64,000 bases of DNA. It comes from Firmicutes bacterium CAG:95 (GTDB lineage: Bacteria; Bacillota; Clostridia; Lachnospirales; Lachnospiraceae). Shown in pieces: positions 20,255 to 29,257 of the stretch. A program made the translations under genes and the position numbers. The stretch covers positions 22,734 to 86,733 of the forward strand of contig FR902981.1 in the NCBI GenBank assembly GCA_000438155.1. Reading direction: 5' to 3'. The notes under the pieces are model-generated. The model was not told the origin of the DNA. It did no database searches and was given only the letters and a program-made list of their open reading frames with translations. Position 1 is the first letter of the stretch. Each line of letters starts with the position of its first letter.

Positions 20255-20845
20255 GTGAGGTACATAATGAGAAAACAATCAAGAGGAATCAAAAAACTTG
20301 TATTATCGGCAATGTTTATGGCAATTGGTCTGATTCTTCCGTTTATAACAGGTCAAATCCAACAGATTGGCAGTATGCTGCTTCCAATGCATATACCGGT
20401 ATTATTTTGCGGCTTGGTTTGTGGGTGGCAGTATGGAATGATGGTAGGTTTTATTCTTCCGTTGCTGCGTTATCTGTTATTTGGCATGCCGCCAATCTTT
20501 CCGATTGGTGTTTCCATGACTTTTGAACTTGCTGCATATGGAGCAGTGATTGGATTGATTATGCAGCAGTTAAGCAAAAAAAGTGCAGCCGGGAAGGGAA
20601 AGAATTATGTACTGAATCTATATGTATCACTGATTGGTGCAATGCTTGCGGGAAGACTGGTCTGGGGATTGGTCAGATTTATTCTCACGCAGGTAACCAT
20701 GGAACCATTTACATTTGAGATGTTTATGGCGGGAGCATTCCTTGGTGCAGTACCGGGAATTGTTATACAAGTGATTCTGATACCGGGAATTATGGTAGTA
20801 TTGGAACGTGCCGGGGTTTTAAAAGAGGATGGAACTGCCAGGTAG
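20255..20845 (+). CDS. ECF-transporter substrate-specific (S) component. It is QueT-like, but the substrate is uncertain.
   Basis: 196 aa, 5-6 TM helices. Signature MLLPMHIPVLFCGLVCGWQYG is typical of small ECF S units. Confidence 0.6.
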   Translation: MRYIMRKQSRGIKKLVLSAMFMAIGLILPFITGQIQQIGSMLLPMHIPVLFCGLVCGWQYGMMVGFILPLLRYLLFGMPPIFPIGVSMTFELAAYGAVIGLIMQQLSKKSAAGKGKNYVLNLYVSLIGAMLAGRLVWGLVRFILTQVTMEPFTFEMFMAGAFLGAVPGIVIQVILIPGIMVVLERAGVLKEDGTAR

Positions 20846-23121
20846 TGAAAGGAGAAAGCGATATGAATGTAGAGAAGTCTTTGGAGCAGCTGGAAACTTT
20901 GATTACACAACACAGGACAAATGAAATTGAAGGATTTCTACTTGAGAAAATCGAGGACTCTGCAAGTCAGGAGGATATCGGATCCCTGATTACTTTAATG
21001 AACGAGCTCATTGGCTATTACCGGGAAAGTGGTGAATTTGAGAAGGCACTGGGATATTGCAGGGAGGTACTGCAGGTAGCTGCACAGGCAGGACTGGCCG
21101 GTACCATTCCTTATGCGACAACATTGCTTAATGTTGCGAATACCTGCCGGGAAGGTGGACTGGTTCGTGAAGCCATGGTGCATTATCAGGAGGTTCGCGG
21201 GATTTATATCAATAACATAGAAGATACGGATTTCAGATATGTAAATTTATATAATGGTATGGGAATGCTTTTTCAGGATATGGGAGATTATGAGAGTGCC
21301 TGTGACTGTCAGGAACGTGCGTTATCTGTCGCAGTTTTATATCATGAAGCAAGGGCTGAGACTGCAATTCTTTATACAAGTCTTGCAATTTATCAGATAA
21401 AACTGATGAGATACCAGGAGGCAATTGAGAATTTACGTCGTGCTTTTGAACTTTTTGAAGAGGATGAGAAAAAGGATTATCATTACAGTAGTGCGCTTTC
21501 TGCCATGGGAGAGGCTCAGTATCTGGCAGGAAATATGGAAGAGTCTGCATATTATTATGAACGGGCACTCCATGAAATTGAAAGAACGTCAGGAAGAAAT
21601 AAAGCATATGAAATTACCCTGCGGAATCTGAACGCTGTACAGAAGCAGTTGCAGGATCTGCCGCAGGAAAGTATTCACTTTCAGAATGGATTGGAGCTTT
21701 GTGAAAGCTTTTATAAGGAGTATGGAATTCCAATGATCCGCACGAAATTTCCTGCCTATGAAGGAATGATTGCAGCCGGACTTGTGGGAGAAGGATCAGA
21801 ATGCTTTGGGTTTGATGATGAGGTATCGAGAGATCATGACTTTGGACCGGGCTTTTGCTTATGGCTTACGGATCAGGTATATGATGAGATCGGAGAGGCA
21901 CTACAGGAAGAATATGATAAGCTGCCGGATACCTATATGGGGGTAACCAGAATCGAGACACATAAGGCACGCAGGAGTGTCGGAGTGTTCCGTATTGGTG
22001 AATTTTATGAACAGCTGATTGGACTTACGGATGTGCCAACTACACAAAACCAGTGGTTATTTTTAGAGGATTATCAGCTGGCATCAGCGACGAACGGAAA
22101 GGTTTTCCGGGATGATTTAGGCGAATTTACCAGAATCCGGAATGGAATTCTGAAGTATTATCCGGAGGAGGTCCGAATTAAGAAAATTGCAAGGGAAGCA
22201 GCACTGATGGCGCAATCCGGACAGTATAATTATAACCGGATGTTTGGACGTGGCGAAAAGGTAACAGCTGATATTGCTTTGGCAGAGTTTCTGAAGCATA
22301 CCATGTCGATGATCTATCTGCTGAACCGGAGGTTTGCTCCTTTCTATAAGTGGATGCATCGTGGTTTACGGGAGATGAAGGTGCTTACGGAGATCGGGGA
22401 TATTCTGACGGCTCTTGTTGAACTTCCCAATGGAGATGAGCGGATTCCGGATATGATTGAGCTGATTGTGGCAATGATCATTAAGGAGATGAAGAAACAG
22501 GGATTGACAAGTGGTGAGGACAATTATCTGGAGCATCATACGGATAACATTCTTCACAGTATTCCGCAGAAGGATCGAAAGGAACAGAAGGAAGGTTCTT
22601 TTCAAATGGCACTGATTAATGAAGTGATCGGACTGGAATGGGAGACAGCAGGGAATCCGGTTGAAGGATGCAATGTCCGGGATACGGAGAGCTTTGAGGT
22701 GTTTGCCATGTCGAGAGAGAGTATCTATGGAAGCTGGACAACAGAAATGCTGAAAAGCCGGATTCATGATCTGCGGATGATGAAGGATAAAGGGTGGAAT
22801 CCAGAGATTACTCCAGTGAAACAGGAGATTGCAGAAGAAATCATGAAGGTCTGGATGGACTGGCTGGAGGAACTGGCTGTCAGATATCCAAAGTCAGCTG
22901 ATTTTTTGCGAGGAGCATTCCTTTTGGCTGAGATTTTTGCTTCCCCGGAAGAATGTCTGCAGGCAGAACTTCTTTCTTATTCTGAAGAAACGCTGGATCT
23001 GTATGGAAGATTTATTGCACAGCTTTGTGAGGAAGGAAGAAATCTGGCGGAAATGACGATACATAAGCTGGCCTTGTACTGTGGTTCCGGTTCTTTGGAC
23101 AAATTTGAGGAAAGTCTATAG
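20845..23121 (+). CDS. TPR-repeat protein fused to a DUF4037-like (nucleotidyltransferase-like) domain
   Basis: The N-terminal 250 aa have TPR-like repeats (ALGYCREVLQVAAQAGL..., YESACDCQERALSVA..., YSSALSAMGEAQYLAGN). The middle region (FGFDDEVSRDHDFGPGFCLWLTD) resembles DUF4037. Confidence 0.55.
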   Translation: MKGESDMNVEKSLEQLETLITQHRTNEIEGFLLEKIEDSASQEDIGSLITLMNELIGYYRESGEFEKALGYCREVLQVAAQAGLAGTIPYATTLLNVANTCREGGLVREAMVHYQEVRGIYINNIEDTDFRYVNLYNGMGMLFQDMGDYESACDCQERALSVAVLYHEARAETAILYTSLAIYQIKLMRYQEAIENLRRAFELFEEDEKKDYHYSSALSAMGEAQYLAGNMEESAYYYERALHEIERTSGRNKAYEITLRNLNAVQKQLQDLPQESIHFQNGLELCESFYKEYGIPMIRTKFPAYEGMIAAGLVGEGSECFGFDDEVSRDHDFGPGFCLWLTDQVYDEIGEALQEEYDKLPDTYMGVTRIETHKARRSVGVFRIGEFYEQLIGLTDVPTTQNQWLFLEDYQLASATNGKVFRDDLGEFTRIRNGILKYYPEEVRIKKIAREAALMAQSGQYNYNRMFGRGEKVTADIALAEFLKHTMSMIYLLNRRFAPFYKWMHRGLREMKVLTEIGDILTALVELPNGDERIPDMIELIVAMIIKEMKKQGLTSGEDNYLEHHTDNILHSIPQKDRKEQKEGSFQMALINEVIGLEWETAGNPVEGCNVRDTESFEVFAMSRESIYGSWTTEMLKSRIHDLRMMKDKGWNPEITPVKQEIAEEIMKVWMDWLEELAVRYPKSADFLRGAFLLAEIFASPEECLQAELLSYSEETLDLYGRFIAQLCEEGRNLAEMTIHKLALYCGSGSLDKFEESL

Positions 23122-23164
23122 AGACGAAAGTTACGTAACTGTTCAGTACCTTCACAGTTACGAT

Positions 23165-23205
23165 GCAAAATCCATTCCAAATCGGCTTCGCCGATGGGAT
23201 TTTGC
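23165..23205 (+). terminator. Structured hairpin downstream of the TPR/DUF4037 gene. Likely a terminator or a leader structure of the MATE gene.
   Basis: gcaaaatcc a ttccaa atcggc ttc gccgat ggattttgc forms a nested near-perfect stem. The following U-tract is weak (cattttctt). Confidence 0.35.
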
Positions 23206-23301
23206 ATTACTGAATCATTTTCTTACGGTCTCAGCAGTAAATGCTTCGACCTGTACTGAATCGTTACAAATTTACAATAATGATCTGAGGGTAAGGATAA
23301 A

Positions 23302-24654
23302 ATGGAAAAAACAAAATCCTATGAAATCGATATGTGCCATGGGCCTTTGTTTCGAAAAATACTGTTATTTACGCTGCCATTGATGCTTTCAGGTATATTA
23401 CAACTGTTATTTAATGCGGCGGATGTTATTGTGGTTGGACAGTTTGCCGGTAACGAGGCATTAGCGGCAGTGGGTTCTACGAGTGCATTGACCAATCTTC
23501 TGGTGAATTTGTTTATTGGATTATCGGTTGGTGTCAATGTGTTGGTAGCACGGTTTTATGGTGCACAGCAGGAGCAGGAAGCACAGGAAGCAGTTCATAC
23601 TGCAGTTGTAGTAAGTATTCTTGGCGGTATTTTGCTTGCTTTTATAGGAATTGTACTGGCACAACCACTGCTTCAATGGATGGATACACCGGACAATGTC
23701 ATTAGTCATTCCGTGCTTTATATGCGGATCTACTTTGTGGGAATGCCGGTGATGCTGCTATATAACTTCGGAAGTGCAATATTAAGAGCAATTGGGGATA
23801 CCAGACGACCATTGTATTTCCTGGCAGCCGCAGGCGTGATTAATGTTATTCTGAATCTGATTTTTGTGATCAATTTTCATATGGGGGTTGCGGGCGTAGC
23901 GCTTGCAACAATTATATCCCAGTGCGTTTCAGCGGCATTGATCATGCGTTGCCTGATGAAGAGTGAGGGCTGTATCAGGGTAGAATGGACGAAGCTTCGT
24001 ATTCATTGGAGAATGCTTGGAAAGATTGCACAGATCGGACTTCCGGCGGGAGTACAGGGTGTGCTGTTTTCCATATCCAATGTGCTGATTCAGTCATCGG
24101 TAAATTCTTTTGGATCAGTAGCTATGGCCGGAAATACCGCTGCACAGAATGTAGAAGGGTTTGTGTATACTTCAATGAATTCGGTGCATCAGACGGCCGT
24201 GAGCTTTACCAGTCAGAACCTTGGCGGCAGACAGTATGGAAGAATCAATAAAATATTGACAGAGTGTCTTTTATTTGTAACGGCGGTTGGACTGATTCTT
24301 GGCAATGGTGCTTATCTGTTAGGAAATCAGATTCTTGGAATTTATTCTTCTGATCCTGAGGTCATTGCTTATGGATTGGAACGGTTGTCAATTATCTGTA
24401 CCATGTATTGCCTGTGCGGAATTATGGATGTACTGGTGGGATCCATCCGGGGGCTTGGCTATGCAGTGATGCCGATGATTGTTTCCTTAATGGGGGTATG
24501 TTTTTTTCGTGTGGTTTATATTTATACGATATTCCAGTGGAGCAGAACCTTACAGACGCTGTATATTTCCTATCCCATTACCTGGACGTTGACGGCAGCC
24601 GTTCATGTAATCTGTTTTGTGATTGTGCGAAGGAAGATCGGGATGCAGAAATAA
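23302..24654 (+). CDS. MATE-family multidrug efflux transporter
   Basis: 450 aa with 12 TM helices. The N-terminal motif LLFTLPLMLSGILQLLFNAADVIVVGQF is typical of MATE/NorM-like pumps. Confidence 0.85.
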   Translation: MEKTKSYEIDMCHGPLFRKILLFTLPLMLSGILQLLFNAADVIVVGQFAGNEALAAVGSTSALTNLLVNLFIGLSVGVNVLVARFYGAQQEQEAQEAVHTAVVVSILGGILLAFIGIVLAQPLLQWMDTPDNVISHSVLYMRIYFVGMPVMLLYNFGSAILRAIGDTRRPLYFLAAAGVINVILNLIFVINFHMGVAGVALATIISQCVSAALIMRCLMKSEGCIRVEWTKLRIHWRMLGKIAQIGLPAGVQGVLFSISNVLIQSSVNSFGSVAMAGNTAAQNVEGFVYTSMNSVHQTAVSFTSQNLGGRQYGRINKILTECLLFVTAVGLILGNGAYLLGNQILGIYSSDPEVIAYGLERLSIICTMYCLCGIMDVLVGSIRGLGYAVMPMIVSLMGVCFFRVVYIYTIFQWSRTLQTLYISYPITWTLTAAVHVICFVIVRRKIGMQK

Positions 24655-24927
24655 TGGCAGTACAGGGACATTAGCATAGATAAGTAGAAGTACAGTACAG
24701 AAATGATAGGATGTAGTATAGAAGTACTTGTAAAAATCATGGAAGGAAAAGCTCATAAGCATATAGATAACAAGAAAATAAAGCAATAGATAATAAAGTA
24801 ATAAGGTAGTGAAATAACTGGTTAATAAAGTAATAGAGGTATGGTGAAAATCCCTGTAGAATCCGGAGTTATGTTAGAAAGAACATGGCGTTCGGTTTCC
24901 TACAGGGATTTCTTTGACTTCAAATAA

Positions 24928-25446
24928 GCTGCAAATGATTTATTATGTTCTTCTGGAATTGTTGGGTTCATTGGAGAGAACGGAGCTGGAAAGAGTTCAA
25001 CCATTAAGGCAATTCTTAATTTAGTACATAAAGAAACGGGTGATATTTATCTCTTTGGACATCCAATGGAGGGCAATGAAAAGGAGAATGGAAGCAATCA
25101 GTGGAAGGAACAGCTTGGTGTTATTTTTGATGAATGTAATATGCCTGTTGAGTTCACGGCAAAGGAGATTCATCATATTATGAATGAGTTTTACCGGACA
25201 TGGGAGGGAAAAGAAATATTTTGCTTATTTAAGGAAGCTTCAGGTTCTTACAGACAAGAAGGTAAAGGATTTGTCGAAGGGAATGAGATTCCGGATGAGC
25301 AGATCATCGGAAAGATGGAAAATGCATATGGAGCCCATGTACTGGTAAAAAATACGGCAGGATGGAAACAGGAAGGATTTGTTGTGGATCATGCTTCCGT
25401 TGAAGATATTTTGCTTTATATTGTTAAGAGAGACGAGGTGAGATAA
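24928..25446 (+). pseudogene. Remnant of an ABC-transporter ATP-binding protein, BcrA/lantibiotic-immunity type
   Basis: The open frame begins right after a TAA with no start codon. Walker A is intact (GFIGENGAGKSSTIK). There is no ABC signature or Walker B, and the product is only about 170 aa, so the gene is N-terminally truncated and internally deleted. Confidence 0.6.
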
Positions 25447-25448
25447 GA

Positions 25449-25670
25449 ATGAAAGGATTATTGTTAAAGGATTTATACAATGTAAAAGGATTTGCCAGAC
25501 AGTATGTGATCGTTATTCTGGCGATGGCTGTGTGGGGAGTCTGCATGAAAAATATATCATTTGTGTCGATTTATATGGTGATTCTAGGTGGGATGATGAG
25601 CATTACAACCATGAGCATGGATGAAAGCAGTGGATTTAATAAGTTTTATCTCACAACTTGCGAGGAGTGA
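25449..25670 (+). pseudogene. N-terminal fragment (73 aa, 2 TM) of an ABC-2 type permease
   Basis: MKGLLLKDLYN... is a typical ABC-2 permease start. The frame ends after two helices. Confidence 0.5.
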
Positions 25671-25747
25671 ACAGTAATCTGAAAAAGGATTGGCATGAGA
25701 CGAAAAAAATAGTATAGTTAATAGGATAGCAAAGAAAGGGAACACTT

Positions 25748-27280
25748 ATGGAAAAAGCAGATAGTTATCAGGTAAGAAAACTGAATCCGAGGAAAGAGTA
25801 TCTTATTCAGGTGCCAGGGTCGAAAAGTATTACCAACCGGGCGTTTTTGTTAGCTGCGCTATCCGGTAAGAAGTGTGTATTGTCGGGAGTCCTGTTTAGT
25901 GATGATACAAGAGGCTTCTTAGACTGTCTGATCCAGCTTGGATTCCGGGTAGAAATCAAGGAAGAAAAGCAGAAGGTGACCATTCAGGGTACGGATGGCA
26001 GGATTCCAAACCCGGAGGCATCCATCAATGTAAGAAGTGCAGGAACAGCGGCACGGTTTCTTACGGTTGCACTGGCTTTTGCAGGTGGTAATTATTATCT
26101 GGATGCATCCGAACAGATGCGTAAGCGTCCGATGGAGCCGATCCTGAAAATATTAGAGAAATTGAATGTTAAATTCAGATTTAATAATGAAGAATATCAT
26201 TTTCCCTTTGAACTGTCTTCGCAATTTACAGAAGATGAAGAACAGAAAGATAAAGTACAGAATGATAAAATACAGAAAGACAAAATACAGAAGATGGAAG
26301 CGGAAGAAGATAGATGCCGGAATGATGTAGCACAGGAAGAGAATGAGATGAGTGAAATCACTATTGATACGAATCTCAGCAGTCAGTTCGCAAGTGCCTT
26401 ACTGATGGCAGCATGCCTCCTTCCAACGGGATTAAAGATACATCTGACCGGAAGCAGAACCGCTGGATCCTATATTAAAATGACACTTGCTATGATGAAG
26501 CAGTTTGGCATTCGGGTGGAACAGTCAGAAAACTGCTATGTGATCGCTCATCAGGAAGGATGGGGGCTTACGGAATATGAAGTTGAGCCGGATGTATCGG
26601 CAGCCTGCTACTTTTATGCCATGGTTCCTTTACTGAAAACAAGTGTTATTGTTAAGGGGGTTCAGGAGAAATCCTTACAGGGAGACATTCAATTCCTGAA
26701 CGTATTGGAACAGATGGGATGTCAGAAAGAGAAGACGCCCAAAGGAATACGGCTGACTATGAAGGAGCCGGAAATGCATGGCGTGGATATTTCGATGAAG
26801 GACTTTTCGGATCAGACGATGACACTGGCTGCGCTTGCACCTTTTGCAGACCGTGTTACCAGAATTCACAATATCGGACATATACGTTTTCAGGAATCGG
26901 ACCGGATCCGTGCGATTTTGACAGAATTGCAGCGAATGGGAGTTCGGTGCGAAGAGGCTCCGGAGATTGACGGAATTCAGATTTTTCCGTGGGGGAAAGT
27001 TCCTGAAGATCATATTGTAGCGGAAGGTGAAAGTACAATAGAATGTGAAAGTACAACAGAGAATGAAAGTGCAGCAGAAAGTAAAAGTGCAGCAGAGCGT
27101 GAAAGTATAATAGAACGTGGAAACATAACAATAGAAACCTACGATGACCACCGGATGGCAATGGCGTTTACGCTTCCGGGATTAAAGACGGGAAATATAG
27201 TGATTAAGAATCCGGGATGCTGCCGCAAAACATTTGAAAATTACTTTTCGGTAATTGATTCCTTATATCAGTGTCATTGA
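25748..27280 (+). CDS. aroA: 3-phosphoshikimate 1-carboxyvinyltransferase (EPSP synthase) with two low-complexity in-frame insertions
   Basis: The LIQVPGSKSITNRAFLLAAL motif and the overall EPSPS layout. 510 aa versus the usual 430-450 aa, because of D/K/Q- and E/S-rich inserts. Confidence 0.85.
   Translation: MEKADSYQVRKLNPRKEYLIQVPGSKSITNRAFLLAALSGKKCVLSGVLFSDDTRGFLDCLIQLGFRVEIKEEKQKVTIQGTDGRIPNPEASINVRSAGTAARFLTVALAFAGGNYYLDASEQMRKRPMEPILKILEKLNVKFRFNNEEYHFPFELSSQFTEDEEQKDKVQNDKIQKDKIQKMEAEEDRCRNDVAQEENEMSEITIDTNLSSQFASALLMAACLLPTGLKIHLTGSRTAGSYIKMTLAMMKQFGIRVEQSENCYVIAHQEGWGLTEYEVEPDVSAACYFYAMVPLLKTSVIVKGVQEKSLQGDIQFLNVLEQMGCQKEKTPKGIRLTMKEPEMHGVDISMKDFSDQTMTLAALAPFADRVTRIHNIGHIRFQESDRIRAILTELQRMGVRCEEAPEIDGIQIFPWGKVPEDHIVAEGESTIECESTTENESAAESKSAAERESIIERGNITIETYDDHRMAMAFTLPGLKTGNIVIKNPGCCRKTFENYFSVIDSLYQCH
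26250..26294. repeat. 3 x 15-nt in-frame tandem repeat inside aroA, encoding DKVQN/DKIQK/DKIQK
   Basis: gataaagtacagaat gataaaatacagaaa gacaaaatacagaag. Confidence 0.7.
27029..27118. repeat. 5 x 18-nt in-frame tandem repeat inside aroA, encoding ESTIEC/ESTTEN/ESAAES/KSAAER/ESIIER
   Basis: gaaagtacaatagaatgt gaaagtacaacagagaat gaaagtgcagcagaaagt aaaagtgcagcagagcgt gaaagtataatagaacgt. Confidence 0.7.
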
Positions 27281-27332
27281 AGCATGGGGAAGATAAACAT
27301 TTACAGAAGTAAATGGATACAATAATAAGTAA

Positions 27333-28865
27333 TTGGATAATTTCATAAGAGGTGCTATGGAAGAGTATTGGGATATTTTTTTAGAGGAACAACAGAATAG
27401 AGAATTGGAACGGGTACTGCTCGTCGGAGTAGATACGGGAGAAGAACAGAATTTTGATAACTCCATGGAAGAATTGAAACAACTGGCGAAGGCGTGTTTC
27501 ATGGAACCGGTTGGGACGGTTACCCAAAGAATGGAATTCGTGCATAAAGCACTTTACATTGGAACCGGAAAGGTACAGGAAGTACGGGATGCTGCGCAGG
27601 CTTTGGATGCGCAGCTTATTCTAATTAATGATACCTTGACGCCTTCCCAGATCAAAAACCTGCAGAATGAATTAAAAACACCTGTTATTGATCGGACAAC
27701 CCTGATTCTCAATATTTTTGAGATGAGAGCCAGAACACGGGAAGCCAGGTTACAGGTAGAAACAGCCAAGCTGCAATATCTCCTGCCGCGTCTTGTTGGA
27801 ATGCATGAGGCACTGACCAGACAGGGAGGAACCAGTGGCAGTATGAGCAGCCGTGGTGCCGGAGAGAAAAAGCTGGAGCTTGACCGCCGTCACATTGAGC
27901 ACCGTATCAGTGAACTGCGTAAAGAACTGGATGCCATTTCCAGAGAACGTGAAACACAGAGAAAGCGCAGGGGACAATCCCGAATTCCTCTGGTAGCATT
28001 GGTTGGCTATACGAATGCAGGAAAATCGACCATTATGAATCATATGGTCGAACGGTTTGTAGGGGATGAAGAGAAAAAGGTGCTGGAAAGGGATATGCTT
28101 TTCGCAACACTGGATACGACAATCCGGCGGATCAACACCGGAAATAATCAGGATTTTCTGCTAACGGATACAGTCGGGTTCATTCATAAGCTTCCACATG
28201 GTCTTGTGAAGGCATTCCATTCGACATTGGAGGAAATTAAAGGAGCAGATCTGCTCCTGCAGGTCGTGGATGTTTCTGACCCCGGGTATCAGGAACAGAT
28301 GGAGACTACGAGAGAGACCCTGCGGGAGTTGGGGGCTGGAGATATTCCCATGCTGATTGTCTTTAATAAGGCCGATCGGCTCACGAATACAGCGAATACG
28401 ACCGGGAAGCCACGGAACCAGATGGAGCAGGAGCAGAAACTACAGAACCAGAAACTACAGAACCAGAAACTACAGGACCAGAAACTACAGGATCAGAAAT
28501 TGCAGGATCAGAATCCACAGAATCAGATGCTGCAGCTTCACAAGACACCGGATCAGGAAAAAGAATTGCAACAGATGTCTTTGGGGGAAACCACATATCC
28601 GAGAACAGCAGGAACGAATAAGATATACATCAGCGCAAGGCAGCCGGAATCCATCGAATTACTGGTAAAGGAAATTATCAGGAGAGTTTATGCAGATTAT
28701 GAGGAGGTTCGCTTGCTGATTCCCTATGACAAGGGCAGCATTGTTTCGTATCTGCAGGAAAATGCACAGATTCTGGAACAGTCCTATGAACCTGAAGGAA
28801 CACGGCTTCGTGTGAATTGCCATCATGCCGATGCCGGGAAGTATGAGCAGTATGTTGTGAAGTGA
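27333..28865 (+). CDS. hflX: GTPase HflX with a Q/K-rich tandem-repeat insertion
   Basis: HflX N-domain, then G1 (ALVGYTNAGKST), G3 (DTVGF) and G4 (NKAD). 510 aa versus about 420-440 aa. Confidence 0.85.
   Translation: MDNFIRGAMEEYWDIFLEEQQNRELERVLLVGVDTGEEQNFDNSMEELKQLAKACFMEPVGTVTQRMEFVHKALYIGTGKVQEVRDAAQALDAQLILINDTLTPSQIKNLQNELKTPVIDRTTLILNIFEMRARTREARLQVETAKLQYLLPRLVGMHEALTRQGGTSGSMSSRGAGEKKLELDRRHIEHRISELRKELDAISRERETQRKRRGQSRIPLVALVGYTNAGKSTIMNHMVERFVGDEEKKVLERDMLFATLDTTIRRINTGNNQDFLLTDTVGFIHKLPHGLVKAFHSTLEEIKGADLLLQVVDVSDPGYQEQMETTRETLRELGAGDIPMLIVFNKADRLTNTANTTGKPRNQMEQEQKLQNQKLQNQKLQDQKLQDQKLQDQNPQNQMLQLHKTPDQEKELQQMSLGETTYPRTAGTNKIYISARQPESIELLVKEIIRRVYADYEEVRLLIPYDKGSIVSYLQENAQILEQSYEPEGTRLRVNCHHADAGKYEQYVVK
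28434..28535. repeat. About 6-7 copies of a 15-nt in-frame tandem repeat in hflX, encoding QKLQN/QKLQD
   Basis: cagaaactacagaac cagaaactacagaac cagaaactacaggac cagaaactacaggat cagaaattgcaggat cagaatccacagaat. Confidence 0.7.
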
Positions 28866-29040
28866 AATTGAAATTATTAATGAACTGAGTGAACAGTGAG
28901 AACCGGAATGGTTTATGTGCTGAAATTGTTGATCATGGTAGAAGTTGAGTTAACGGAATCATTGATGAATTTATAGGAGCTGTATGAAATGAAATCACGA
29001 ATGAACAATAAGAGTTACATGTAAAGAATGCAAAGCTTAA

Positions 29041-29210
29041 GAATATAGGTAACTATTCAGAGCCATGCAAATTATGACAATATGGACGTCGAATGCATGC
29101 ATTCGTAAGGACATTTGGCATAATTTATATGGCGAAGTAACCACATGAGGTAAACTACGTTGCGTTAGCAACGGTTTTACGAATGGGGATCTGAATAGTT
29201 ACGAATATAG
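29041..29210. mobile_element. MITE-like non-autonomous element. 154 bp, perfect 13-bp terminal inverted repeats, flanked by an 8-bp target-site duplication.
   Basis: TSD GAATATAG at 29041-29048 and again at 29203-29210. TIR gtaactattcaga (29049-29061) against tctgaatagttac (29190-29202). The interior holds nested palindromes (cgaatgcatgcattcg, cgttgcgttagcaacg) and no ORF. Confidence 0.7.
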
Positions 29211-29257
29211 AAAGATTAAAATACAGAAAGATAAGGAAGATCAGGGATATCAGGAAT

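Noticed and set aside
26675-27161. Antisense ORFs 26675..27151 and 26856..27161 (C/T/F-rich 'proteins') and the plus-strand ORF 26719..26970 inside aroA
   Set aside because: They are artefacts of the 18-nt tandem repeat read in other frames. aroA has clear family motifs in its own frame.
28357-28668. ORFs 28357..28668 (+) and 28381..28596 (-) with RNYRT / VVSGS repeats
   Set aside because: Both are alternative-frame readings of the 15-nt tandem repeat inside hflX.
29041-29210. Possible 6S-like or riboswitch-like structured RNA between hflX and the pseudouridine synthase gene
   Set aside because: A perfect 13-bp TIR plus an 8-bp flanking duplication explains the structure better as a MITE. 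Transcription of it remains possible but is not needed to explain the palindromes.
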